Shown here in pieces: positions 24,831 to 37,375 of a DNA stretch of 64,000 nt (positions within the stretch are counted from its first letter, which is position 1; every line of letters starts with the position of its first letter). The notes below the pieces were generated by a model. The model ran no database searches and had not been told where the DNA came from. It saw only the letters and a program-made list of their open reading frames with translations. The position numbers and the translations under genes were made by a program. Origin of the DNA: Carpediemonas membranifera BICM (taxonomy: Eukaryota > Protista > Fornicata); NCBI GenBank assembly GCA_019828565.1, contig JAHDYR010000005.1:719342-783341 (forward strand), written 5' to 3'.

Positions 24831-25751
24831 AAGCATGTCATGAACCCCTGACTCCAGGACCGGGAAGGGATGGACAAGGAATCAGCCATGGACCACCCTC
24901 GCTGGGTGCTAAGCTCCTGGGATCAGTGAGGAAAGGCCCCACGTATCCCGGTAGCCAGGAACCAAAGCAAGGGAAGGAACGACTGCAAGGAAAGAACAGG
25001 AAGGACAGACCAGAAATAAGAAAGAAAGGACATGCAACAAGGACAGAGCAAGGATAAGGTCAAGGAAATCCATATTCATATGGTTGCACCACTCGTTGGG
25101 ACCCCAAGGAAACTGCAGGGACTGGCCACGGGGGTCGGAGGGGCACAGGTGCCCCTGCCGCCCTGTTAACGACATGGGAAACCAAGGGACATGTAGTGCA
25201 AGCGAAATGTTGTAAGGGGTAACAGGGACAACCAGGCCTAGTGCCTGGGGCTGCCGCTGACCCACGCCACCTAACCGGGGTAGACAGCATGGACTTAGTC
25301 ACTTTCCCCGCCTTCGGGTAGGCTTCTTAACAGAGTCGAGGGGGCATGGAATTGGGGAACCGGACAGACGAGAGGGTGCCGTGGCTGAACGGCTCTACAA
25401 GGACTGCAGGGAAGCAAGGAGTGTCATAGTCAAGGTTCTGCAGGACGATCCTGCCTGTCAATGCCCCGAGGACAGACCCCCAGGCTCCCCGGATAGTTGC
25501 CGGACTTTCAGGGAGACAGGAAAGCATATTTGCACGGAGATGGCCGCAGGGCCTCTGGGGCGATTGGAATCGGCTTTCCGCGGAGACAGTAGCACCGAAA
25601 GCCCAAGGCAAACGCTGCTGACCAGTTTGCCACGGGAAATAGGCAGTACCCCGGGGCACTCAGCTCCAAGACAACGGGAAACAAGCTCAGTCCGGAGTCA
25701 GAATCCAAGCACCATAAATTTCTTTCTTCTTTTCTGTATCTGGTTGAGGAG

Positions 25752-25845
25752 ATACTCGACCAGACCAAGGAGAAAGCTGTCTCAAAGCGCAGTTTCTTGG
25801 TCAGATGGACCAATTATGAGCCTGAAGAGGACTCCTGGGAACCCT
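25752..25845 (+). mobile_element. Gypsy-1 segment 2: middle of the integrase chromodomain
   Basis: Reads ILDQTKEKAVSKRSFLVRWTNYEPEEDSWEP in frame after the TSD. Confidence 0.88.
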
Positions 25846-25898
25846 TGTGGCGTAAACGACGGGTATTCGAGAATTCGTTTTAATCAGGTGATGCGTCA
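25846..25898 (-). repeat. Gypsy-2 3' LTR (53 bp; contains the pol stop codon)
   Basis: Identical to 37376-37428; preceded on the minus strand by the PPT (25899-25909). Confidence 0.92.
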
Positions 25899-28800
25899 CT
25901 GCCCTCCCTGAGCAGCTCGGGGTGAGCGGCTAAGAACTTCTTGGCGGCGGGAGTGTGGCGGACGGCGTCGATGGGCTCCCAGGACAGCTCGGAGCTACCG
26001 AGCCACTTGACGCGCAGGAAGCCGGGCTTGGACTTGACGATCCGTTCAACGTACCATTCCTCTTGGTCTGTAGCGGCGAAGTAGGCGAGCTCGCCCTCAG
26101 AGAGGTCGGACTTGAGCGGAATGAGGTGGGACAGGTGGACTGTGCGTCGCGGTTCGTTGGCGAGGAGCGGTACGACGACTGCCGTGAACGGGTTGACCTC
26201 AATGACCTTGAACGGTCCGGTGTGGCCGTGGAGCTTGCTTTCAGCGTGGTTCTTGCGCAAGACGTAATCACCGGGCTTGACTGGAACCGACTGCGTCTCT
26301 GCCCTCCCCTCACGAGTCTTGGACTGGCGTTTGTGAGCCTTGCGGCAGAGCTTGGCCAGGAGCGCGTCCATGACGGTGAGGTATTCGGCGACAGAGGTAA
26401 GCGGGGTCTCGTCCTCGGCGTTGTTGTCTGGCTGGGGTATCTGCCGGTCGGCAGCGTGTGTGCCGTAGAGTAGCTCGAACGGGGTGAACCCCGTCGCGCT
26501 GTGAACCGTGCTGTTGATTATCCACGCGACATATGGCAGTAGGGTCGTGGACCATGCGTCGAAGGAGTTAAATGCCAGCGCTAGGGTACGTAGGTGGCGC
26601 TTGATTTCGCGATTGACGCGTTCGACGTGACCGTTCGACTGCGGATGGAAAGGCGTGGTCCGGTGGTGTGTGACCGATAAGCGCTCGGTTAGAGCGGTGA
26701 TGATACGGTTGGCGTATTCCGGGCCTCCGTCTGTGTGCAGGATGGCCGGGATGCCGTGGCGGCAGATAGACGCCCAGATAGCGGCGGCAGCCGCGTCTGC
26801 ATTGTTCGAGGGGCTGGCACGAGCTCAGTAAAGTGCGTGAATGTGTCAGTAATCACGACGACATACCGGTTGCCGGCCGAGTCCTCTGAGATGGGGCCGA
26901 GCGTGTCGACGGCTACGCGTTCGAATGGTGTGCTGCTCGGGGTCGCGCCCATCTTCAGCTTGATGAAGTTCGCCAGACGGGTCTTCTGACAGATCAAACA
27001 GGCGTTGATCAGGTCGGATACGGTGTGTTCGAGCTGTGGCCAGTCGTAACCCAAGTCACGCACGGCCTGATCGGTCTTCTTGACGCCCAAGTGCAGCCGG
27101 TGGGCCTCGGCTAGGACGTCGCGACGCGCGTCGGCGGGTACGAATGTGCGACCGTGATACTTGACGACACCGATGACGATGGTGTGCTTGGAGGGTCTCT
27201 CGTCAGCGTGCTCCTTCTGAGAGGCGAGCACTCTCGACTCTAGCGTGTTAGCCGTGACCTCGGCGATCTCTGCGGGGCGGGTCTGGAAAGGGAAACGGCT
27301 TAAGAAGTCGGCCGTGACGTTGGACTCGCCCGGGACGTGGTGGATCTTGAGTCTGAACTCCAAGAACGACAGTAGCCATCGGCGATGCTTCCGATTGTGA
27401 GCGGCCATGCGGTGGAGTGCCATCAGATTCTTATGGTCGGTGAACACGGTCAGATCGGGGTGGCCCAGGAAGAGAGAGTACATGTCAGGACGTGTCAGAC
27501 AGTATATCAGAGCATACATCTCCTGGTCGTAGGTGCTCCATCTTTGTTGAACGTCCGAGAACGCCTTGGAGAAGTAGGCGACGACTCTCCAGTCTGTGGG
27601 CGTTTGCTGTTGTAGCAGTATGCCGCCTAGGCCGAGGAGACTAGCGTCCGTCTCGAGGCGCCAGGGTTTGGAGAGGTCTGGTATGGCGAGTGACTCCTCA
27701 GAGGCGAGCTGTGTCAGAACAGCCGCGATAGCCTCTTGGTGTGCTGAAGTCCACACGACCTTGGCGTCCTTGCGGAGGAGGCCATTGATGGGCGCTAGGA
27801 TGCGCTGGCAGTCAGGGATAAAATCTGCCACGTAGTTGATGTGGCCGAGGATCTGACGTACCTCGTGCGTGGTCGTCGGGCGTGGGAGGCTCTTGATCGT
27901 GTCAATGCGTGAGGGCTGAGGGCGACGACCGTGTTCGGAGACGATCTCGCCGAGACAGTCGAGAGTCTGGCCAAAATGACACTTCTCGGCGCGCAGCCTG
28001 ATGTTCTTGTCACTGAGTAGAGCGAGCGTGCGCTGGGTGCGCATGACGAGTACCTCGGGCGATGGCGCGCCAGCAAAGATGTCGTCTATGTAGTTCCTGA
28101 CGCCCTCTGAGTATACCGGGCGCAGGACGTTGGCGATGGCCCGCTGGAATTGTGCGGGGAGGTTCTTTAGGCCAAACGGGGCGACCATATATTCGAAAAA
28201 CTCGCCCGGGACCCGCACCGCGGACAGGTAACGGTGGGCATCCTTCAATGGCATCTGGTGAAACCCTTGGCGAAGGTCTAGACCGAAGAAGTACTTGCTG
28301 CCGACGAGGTCCTTGATGAGCGTGCGGGTATCTGTCGTGGGGAAAGCGTCAGTCACAGTTGCCTCGTTGAGGGCCCTGTAGTCTGCGCAAAGTCGTAGTG
28401 GGCGGCGTCCGTCCGCGTCGGGCTTCTTCTGGACAATCACAGCCGGGCTAGAGACTGGGCCGTGTGCGTCGCGGATGAGCTGGGCTTCGTACATTTCATG
28501 GAGCTGTCGCTTGATCTCGGGAAGCCAGTCGGCGCGGATGCCGCGTGGGTTGGCTTGTGGCAGAATGGCGTCCGGCTTCAGGTCAATGGTGGCTTCCGCG
28601 ATGTCGGCGCCGCCGAGAGGCAGCTTGGGGTCGAAGACGTCGGCGTTGGCCTGGAGCACAGCGAGTAGCTCGTCGTGTAGAGGGAACGAGGGGTCAATGT
28701 CGAAGGTTGGCGTGGCGAAGGACGAGACGTCGTCCGGCAGGTCGTCAGTCTCCGAGTCAACCTCGTCGATGTATTGATTCTGGGCCGGTGTGACATCGTC

Positions 28801-29931
28801 GGCGGGGTCCTCCGCTGACGGTGGTAGCTGAATGTTGATGCCCGTGTCCGACATGAGGCCTAGGTGCCGGAGGAGGTCTGCCCCGAACAGGAACTTGTGG
28901 GCCTCCCCGGAGATGACTGGTACGGTCCACGTCAGCTCGACAGCGTTTGGTACGATGCCGTCGATAACGAGCTCGGCTATGACGGCGGTGGTGTCCTCGC
29001 AAGGTCGCTGGTCGGCCATCTTCAGCGTGTAAGCATGATTTGTGATCATTACCGGGCCGGCCTCCTTCAGCGTGGCGAACGTGGCCTCCGAGATACAGGT
29101 CTTGGCGGCTGCCGGGTCGAGCTTCGCCCGCAGTCTCGTGCCGTTGACGAGGATGTCGTGGTAGATCGGCTTACCGATGTTTTCGCGCTGCGCTGACGTG
29201 TCGACTTCGTCGATTGACTCATCGGTGTCGGACTCGGCGTCTATGTCGACCTCGTTGATGGATTGACTGAGGCGCTCGAGCCGGTTCGTCTCCTTGTTTC
29301 GCGTCCAGCCTGCCGCTGGGTTAGGGGCTCTCGCGTTGCGTTTGGGCGCTTGGGTGGTCGTTGTTGCAGGTCGGTCAGGGTTGTTGTGGTGGCCAGGGGC
29401 CTTCTTGGGCTTGGCACCCACAACAGCTGGTTGAATAGGACGCGATGGTTGGGGGGCGGCACTGCGCTGTGTCTTCAGATGAGGGCACGCCTGAGTGACG
29501 TGGGACGAGTTGTATCCGTGGTAGTCGCAGAAGTGGCGGAAGGTGGGGTTGATGTAGTAGTTCGCCTTGTCTTTCAGCTGGACATACGGGTCTGGGCCGC
29601 TGATCTTGCGGGCTATGGGTTTGCGTGTGCGGGATCCGCCTGTCGCTTGCTCACCGTGGGGTTGCGGGGGCTGGCCGGTGCGGAATGCTCTCCAAGGAAC
29701 GACGATGTAACCGTCGTGGTCCTCTTTGAGGTCCCTAAGGTTATCAAGGACGTCATCGATGTCCTCTGCATCATCTATGATGTAGGAGTCGAAATAGTCC
29801 TTTGCTTCGGCGGAGAATCCCTTAAGTGCAAGCTCTCTGACTCTTGCGGCGAGAACCTTCCAAGGAATGGCTTGCAGTGCAGGAGCAGAAGCATCAGTGT
29901 TCACGAGATCGATGAACTCGCGCAAAGCGGC
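25880..29931 (-). CDS. Gypsy-2 gag-pol 3' part: gag end, protease, RT, RNase H, integrase, chromodomain (frameshift near 26800)
   Basis: LDPAA, CADYRALN, LDLRQGFHQ, YIDD, ETDAS, TDH, ADFLSR, H..H..CLIC, VDTLGP, WYVERIV..VKWLG..SWEP. Confidence 0.92.
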
Positions 29932-30076
29932 TGTCATGGCTGATGCCACTCTAGGCTCGATCAGTATTTATTTTTAGCCGATACGATACGGTCCCGGCTG
30001 GCCCGCGGCACCGTATCGCAATCTATTAAATACTTCCTCACCAGGTTTTGCTAGCACGCCCCAAAGGCACGGCACA
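29932..30076 (+). repeat. Gypsy-3 LTR copy 1 (others at 32099-32243, 34267-34411, 36436-36580)
   Basis: 145-bp repeats with no differences that I could see; internal hairpin cgatacggt/accgtatcg. Confidence 0.92.
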
Positions 30077-30104
30077 GTTTTAAAACTAGTCCACAACAAC
30101 CACC

Positions 30105-32087
30105 ATGTTCAGCAATATCAGCACCAGCAATTTCCCTAAGCTCCGCGAGCTCACCCGCTCCGGGGTGAAAGCCTATCGCCAAGAAGTTGACAGACTGAAA
30201 GTCTTCTTCCCCAATGCGAACTACCGAGTCTTCCTTGATGAGACGTATATTGACGCCGTTGAGAGACAGACTGACGCAAAAATCCAAGACCTCTCTGATG
30301 ACCAGGTCTCCGAAGCCCTCGACGCTCTTGTTGCCCCGCAACGCCGACGAGTGGGTCAGAGAACTCCAGCACACTCGCTGCACCATGCCCACGCTCGCTC
30401 CGCCCAAAGTCACTCGTCGAGGCACCGTCCGTTTATTTGCCACGCAATTCCGCGCCGTCTACGCCTCCCGCACTGAGGTAGATTTCCCCGATGAGGAACA
30501 ACCGGAGGAGGACGACACCGATGACGATGACGACGAGAAGGTCGACAAGCCTGAGAAGAAGGCCGCCAAGATCTTCATCAACAACCTGCGCCCGTACCCC
30601 CTACAACGCGCCGTACGCCTGAAGACCGAATTAGCGGTCGCCACCACCCTCTCGCTCGAAGACACCATCACTTTCGCGTTCGAGGCCGCCGATGAAGAAG
30701 AAAGAAAGAAATTTACATTTGCCTGGTGTCAGGCCCCGGACTGAGCTTGCTTTCCCATTATCCTGGAGCTGAGTGCTCCGGGGCCCGCCGATGAAGAAGA
30801 CGAGCTTGCCCAGACTGCCCTGATCAAGGGCTACGAGCTCGTTCCCATCAAGCAGAAGAAGGACGCGGACAACGACGATGAGGCCCCTTCCAAGCCTAAG
30901 AAGCCTGCTGTCAAGAAGAACACCGCACCCCCAGCCCGAGCAAACGACGTCAATCCGGGCAACCGCGCCCCTCCTGCTCCCTGTGAGAAGTGCGGTGGCA
31001 ACCACTGGAATTCCGAGTGTCCGACTGCCGAGAAGCCTGCCTTCAAACCCAAGTTCACGCGTGACAACGGCCGTCTGCGCCCCAATCCTCCCCGTAAGGA
31101 GCGTGTAGAAACAGTCGACGCGCACACCCCCCAGCAGGGCCCGCTCACCCTGAACGGCCATATAAATGGCCTGGAGTATCCGATTGTTATTGATACGGGG
31201 GCGGGAGTCACATGCGTTTCGAGTGGTTTAGCAGAGCATTTATACCAACGCACGAGCTGCGAAGTCGTCACAGGCAGAAAGACCTCCGCAGCTGTCGCAA
31301 CCGGCGACTCATTCACTAGCGACAGATACCTCCGAGTTACCGTTGCCCTGCCCAGGCCCGCGGGCTACGACACTGAGATCTCGCTACTGGCCCTCATTAT
31401 TCCAGGAGATGTGCCAAAGTTCCTATTAGGAACGGACGTACTCCGCAGACTTGGGATCCTCACCGAAGATTCCCTGAGCCTGTCGTTCCCATCCGATACC
31501 GCTGTTTCAGCCGACGACGATGACGATATAGCCGTCGACAACGTTGCACCCCGAGGATATGAAGCAGTAACAGTCCCGGAGCTCAAGGAGGACATTCTGC
31601 CCCTTCTCCGAGAGCATTCACAAGTATTCGAGCCTGAGCTGCCCTCAGAAGGTTCCAAGCTCGATCCTCTCCACATCAGGCTCACGGATGACGTCCTCAT
31701 ACAGGCGAAGCCACGCCCTATCGCTGATCCAGCTCTCAGAGCGCAAGTACATGCTGAAATCCAGCGCTGGCGCTCGCAAGGTATCGTTCGAGACTCCGAA
31801 GGCCCTTTCTCTGCCCCCATCGTGATCGTTAAGCACGGCCACAAGTCTGGGAAGATCCGCGTGTGCGTTGACTACACCCGAATCAATGCGTACATCCAGG
31901 ATGATCATTTCCCCTCCCCGACTTACGACTGTTTGCCAGGGAGGCGGCCGGCGCTCAGTATTTCGCCTCGTTAGACCTGCGCTCAGGTTATCACCAGATG
32001 CGAGTCCACCCTGATGATATCGCACTCACAGCAACTGTCACCCCGGACGACTACGTGGAATTCTGCCGCGTACCCTTCGGAATCAAA
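30105..32087 (+). pseudogene. Gypsy-3 truncated gag-PR-RT, unit 1 (units 2 and 3 start at 32272 and 34440)
   Basis: ATG 28 nt after the LTR; frameshift near 30340 in all units; stop from the LINE stub; no YxDD, RNase H or integrase. Confidence 0.85.
30702..30784 (-). mobile_element. 83-bp 5'-truncated insertion of a C-family LINE with 16-bp TSD (copies at 32870-32952, 35037-35119)
   Basis: Reverse complement matches the last ~85 nt of C (gcactcagctcc..caagctcagtccgg..taaatttctttct); TSD ccgccgatgaagaaga at 30686-30701 and 30785-30800. Confidence 0.9.
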
Positions 32088-35000
32088 CGCAAAGCGGCTG
32101 TCATGGCTGATGCCACTCTAGGCTCGATCAGTATTTATTTTTAGCCGATACGATACGGTCCCGGCTGGCCCGCGGCACCGTATCGCAATCTATTAAATAC
32201 TTCCTCACCAGGTTTTGCTAGCACGCCCCAAAGGCACGGCACAGTTTTAAAACTAGTCCACAACAACCACCATGTTCAGCAATATCAGCACCAGCAATTT
32301 CCCTAAGCTCCGCGAGCTCACCCGCTCCGGGGTGAAAGCCTATCGCCAAGAAGTTGACAGACTGAAAGTCTTCTTCCCCAATGCGAACTACCGAGTCTTC
32401 CTTGATGAGACGTATATTGACGCCGTTGAGAGACAGACTGACGCAAAAATCCAAGACCTCTCTGATGACCAGGTCTCCGAAGCCCTCGACGCTCTTGTTG
32501 CCCCGCAACGCCGACGAGTGGGTCAGAGAACTCCAGCACACTCGCTGCACCATGCCCACGCTCGCTCCGCCCAAAGTCACTCGTCGAGGCACCGTCCGTT
32601 TATTTGCCACGCAATTCCGCGCCGTCTACGCCTCCCGCACTGAGGTAGATTTCCCCGATGAGGAACAACCGGAGGAGGACGACACCGATGACGATGACGA
32701 CGAGAAGGTCGACAAGCCTGAGAAGAAGGCCGCCAAGATCTTCATCAACAACCTGCGCCCGTACCCCCCTACAACGCGCCGTACGCCTGAAGACCGAATT
32801 AGCGGTCGCCACCACCCTCTCGCTCGAAGACACCATCACTTTCGCGTTCGAGGCCGCCGATGAAGAAGAAAGAAAGAAATTTACATTTGCCTGGTGTCAG
32901 GCCCCGGACTGAGCTTGCTTTCCCATTATCCTGGAGCTGAGTGCTCCGGGGCCCGCCGATGAAGAAGACGAGCTTGCCCAGACTGCCCTGATCAAGGGCT
33001 ACGAGCTCGTTCCCATCAAGCAGAAGAAGGACGCGGACAACGACGATGAGGCCCCTTCCAAGCCTAAGAAGCCTGCTGTCAAGAAGAACACCGCACCCCC
33101 AGCCCGAGCAAACGACGTCAATCCGGGCAACCGCGCCCCTCCTGCTCCCTGTGAGAAGTGCGGTGGCAACCACTGGAATTCCGAGTGTCCGACTGCCGAG
33201 AAGCCTGCCTTCAAACCCAAGTTCACGCGTGACAACGGCCGTCTGCGCCCCAATCCTCCCCGTAAGGAGCGTGTAGAAACAGTCGACGCGCACACCCCAG
33301 CAGGGCCCGCTCACCCTGAACGGCCATATAAATGGCCTGGAGTATCCGATTGTTATTGATACGGGGGCGGGAGTCACATGCGTTTCGAGTGGTTTAGCAG
33401 AGCATTTATACCAACGCACGAGCTGCGAAGTCGTCACAGGCAGAAAGACCTCCGCAGCTGTCGCAACCGGCGACTCATTCACTAGCGACAGATACCTCCG
33501 AGTTACCGTTGCCCTGCCCAGGCCCGCGGGCTACGACACTGAGATCTCGCTACTGGCCCTCATTATTCCAGGAGATGTGCCAAAGTTCCTATTAGGAACG
33601 GACGTACTCCGCAGACTTGGGATCCTCACCGAAGATTCCCTGAGCCTGTCGTTCCCATCCGATACCGCTGTTTCAGCCGACGACGATGACGATATAGCCG
33701 TCGACAACGTTGCACCCCGAGGATATGAAGCAGTAACAGTCCCGGAGCTCAAGGAGGACATTCTGCCCCTTCTCCGAGAGCATTCACAAGTATTCGAGCC
33801 TGAGCTGCCCTCAGAAGGTTCCAAGCTCGATCCTCTCCACATCAGGCTCACGGATGACGTCCTCATACAGGCGAAGCCACGCCCTATCGCTGATCCAGCT
33901 CTCAGAGCGCAAGTACATGCTGAAATCCAGCGCTGGCGCTCGCAAGGTATCGTTCGAGACTCCGAAGGCCCTTTCTCTGCCCCCCATCGTGATCGTTAAG
34001 CACGGCCACAAGTCTGGGAAGATCCGCGTGTGCGTTGACTACACCCGAATCAATGCGTACATCCAGGATGATCATTTCCCCCTCCCCGACTTACGACTGT
34101 TTGCCAGGGAGGCGGCCGGCGCTCAGTATTTCGCCTCGTTAGACCTGCGCTCAGGTTATCACCAGATGCGAGTCCACCCTGATGATATCGCACTCACAGC
34201 AACTGTCACCCCGGACGACTACGTGGAATTCTGCCGCGTACCCTTCGGAATCAAACGCAAAGCGGCTGTCATGGCTGATGCCACTCTAGGCTCGATCAGT
34301 ATTTATTTTTAGCCGATACGATACGGTCCCGGCTGGCCCGCGGCACCGTATCGCAATCTATTAAATACTTCCTCACCAGGTTTTGCTAGCACGCCCCAAA
34401 GGCACGGCACAGTTTTAAAACTAGTCCACAACAACCACCATGTTCAGCAATATCAGCACCAGCAATTTCCCTAAGCTCCGCGAGCTCACCCGCTCCGGGG
34501 TGAAAGCCTATCGCCAAGAAGTTGACAGACTGAAAGTCTTCTTCCCCAATGCGAACTACCGAGTCTTCCTTGATGAGACGTATATTGACGCCGTTGAGAG
34601 ACAGACTGACGCAAAAATCCAAGACCTCTCTGATGACCAGGTCTCCGAAGCCCTCGACGCTCTTGTTGCCCCGCAACGCCGACGAGTGGGTCAGAGAACT
34701 CCAGCACACTCGCTGCACCATGCCCACGCTCGCTCCGCCCAAAGTCACTCGTCGAGGCACCGTCCGTTTATTTGCCACGCAATTCCGCGCCGTCTACGCC
34801 TCCCGCACTGAGGTAGATTTCCCCGATGAGGAACAACCGGAAGAGGACGACACCGATGACGATGACGACGAGAAGGTCGACAAGCCTGAGAAGAAGGCCG
34901 CCAAGATCTTCATCAACAACCTGCGCCCGTACCCCCTACAACGCGCCGTACGCCTGAAGACCGAATTAGCGGTCGCCACCACCCTCTCGCTCGAAGACAC

Positions 35001-36584
35001 CATCACTTTCGCGTTCGAGGCCGCCGATGAAGAAGAAAGAAAGAAATTTACATTTGCCTGGTGTCAGGCCCCGGACTGAGCTTGCTTTCCCATTATCCTG
35101 GAGCTGAGTGCTCCGGGGCCCGCCGATGAAGAAGACGAGCTTGCCCAGACTGCCCTGATCAAGGGCTACGAGCTCGTTCCCATCAAGCAGAAGAAGGACG
35201 CGGACAACGACGATGAGGCCCCTTCCAAGCCTAAGAAGCCTGCTGTCAAGAAGAACACCGCACCCCCAGCCCGAGCAAACGACGTCAATCCGGGCAACCG
35301 CGCCCCTCCTGCTCCCTGTGAGAAGTGCGGTGGCAACCACTGGAATTCCGAGTGTCCGACTGCCGAGAAGCCTGCCTTCAAACCCAAGTTCACGCGTGAC
35401 AACGGCCGTCTGCGCCCCAATCCTCCCCGTAAGGAGCGTGTAGAAACAGTCGACGCGCACACCCCCCAGCAGGGCCCGCTCACCCTGAACGGCCATATAA
35501 ATGGCCTGGAGTATCCGATTGTTATTGATACGGGGGCGGGAGTCACATGCGTTTCGAGTGGTTTAGCAGAGCATTTATACCAACGCACGAGCTGCGAAGT
35601 CGTCACAGGCAGAAAGACCTCCGCAGCTGTCGCAACCGGCGACTCATTCACTAGCGACAGATACCTCCGAGTTACCGTTGCCCTGCCCAGGCCCGCGGGC
35701 TACGACACTGAGATCTCGCTACTGGCCCTCATTATTCCAGGAGATGTGCCAAAGTTCCTATTAGGAACGGACGTACTCCGCAGACTTGGGATCCTCACCG
35801 AAGATTCCCTGAGCCTGTCGTTCCCATCCGATACCGCTGTTTCAGCCGACGACGATGACGATATAGCCGTCGACAACGTTGCACCCCGAGGATATGAAGC
35901 AGTAACAGTCCCGGAGCTCAAGGAGGACATTCTGCCCCTTCTCCGAGAGCATTCACAAGTATTCGAGCCTGAGCTGCCCTCAGAAGGTTCCAAGCTCGAT
36001 CCTCTCCACATCAGGCTCACGGATGACGTCCTCATACAGGCGAAGCCACGCCCTATCGCTGATCCAGCTCTCAGAGCGCAAGTACATGCTGAAATCCAGC
36101 GCTGGCGCTCGCAAGGTATCGTTCGAGACTCCGAAGGCCCTTTCTCTGCCCCCCATCGTGATCGTTAAGCACGGCCACAAGTCTGGGAAGATCCGCGTGT
36201 GCGTTGACTACACCCGAATCAATGCGTACATCCAGGATGATCATTTCCCCCTCCCCGACTTACGACTGTTTGCCAGGGAGGCGGCCGGCGCTCAGTATTT
36301 CGCCTCGTTAGACCTGCGCTCAGGTTATCACCAGATGCGAGTCCACCCTGATGATATCGCACTCACAGCAACTGTCACCCCGGACGACTACGTGGAATTC
36401 TGCCGCGTACCCTTCGGAATCAAACGCAAAGCGGCTGTCATGGCTGATGCCACTCTAGGCTCGATCAGTATTTATTTTTAGCCGATACGATACGGTCCCG
36501 GCTGGCCCGCGGCACCGTATCGCAATCTATTAAATACTTCCTCACCAGGTTTTGCTAGCACGCCCCAAAGGCACGGCACACGGC

Positions 36585-37358
36585 AATAGTTGAGCGATGT
36601 TTGGATGCTTTGCCATAGAGTGCACCGGGAAGGTTGATGGACTTGATGCGCGCGCCGACGTCCAGGGACGGCATGAGTGTGACGGAGCAGGCGGCTACGA
36701 TGTCGTCGGCCTCGTCATGGAGGTAGGCGCGAATGTCGGTGACGTCGTCCCAGTCGGACTCGTCACTGGACGTGTCGGAGTTGTTGGTGGCGGCAGCCTC
36801 GTCATCGGCCGGCTTGGGTGGGGCCAGGGCTGCGTTGACCTCGGCGACGTACTCGTCGTCGCGGAGGGGGACATCTGGGTTGAACTTGTTGATGAGGGGC
36901 ACATAAACCGGGGCGTTGTGGTCGATCTCGGCTACTGCAGCCGTGAATACGGCTTCTGCGCGGCGCTGTGCAGCCGCGGCCATCGGGCCTTCAGGAAAGG
37001 CCGCGGCCGCCGCTTCAGCGAGCATAAACAGGTCTTCTTCGAGAGCGGCGGTTAGACGGGCTACTGCCTGCTTGGGGGGTGGCGTGGAGGTGCTTGGGGG
37101 CGTGATGGGAAGTGAGAGCTTCATCTCGCGCCTAATGGCGCTGCGGATTACCGCATCGGGACATACATCGTCTTCTAGGTCCTCGAAGGTCTTATAGTCA
37201 GAGGTGGGTCTCCAATTGGCCCGTAAGAACTCCTGCGAGCTGATGCTTAGGCATCTGAGGAACGATGTAGGAAATCTTGCATGAGGAAGTTCCCGCTTGT
37301 ATTCCTTCGCGGCGGAGTTGAGCAGTGGAAGGGAACTTACGTCGAATTTCGTAGCCAT
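36585..37358 (-). CDS. Gypsy-2 gag 5' part
   Basis: ATG 17 nt after the 5' LTR; removing Gypsy-3 and one TSD joins HRSTIA to ALREFIDL in frame. Confidence 0.88.
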
Positions 37359-37375
37359 AGGGAGTGATTAATCAC

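Larger units (their letters stand above)
17082..25735 (+). mobile_element. Full-length non-LTR retrotransposon C (8.65 kb)
   Basis: 16-bp TSD, structured 5' leader, ORF1, 320-nt spacer, intact ORF2, ~0.9-kb 3' UTR, TTTC-type tail. Confidence 0.95.
29932..36580 (+). mobile_element. Gypsy-3 derivative: three tandem ~2.17-kb units (LTR-gag-PR-partial RT) plus a final LTR; TSD CGGC; inserted antisense in Gypsy-2 gag
   Basis: Four 145-bp TGT..ACA LTRs; cggc at 29928-29931 and 36581-36584; CEKCGGNHWNSEC, IDTGAG, VCVDY, LDLRSGYHQ; breaks at PFGIK. Confidence 0.92.

Noticed and set aside
26689-29949. Standalone gag-pol starting MASAMT
   Set aside because: That start lies in the antisense Gypsy-3 LTR; the real ORF starts at 37358.
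29932-36580. Domesticated Gag restriction-factor array
   Set aside because: Gag has a shared frameshift and a stop-bearing LINE stub in all units.
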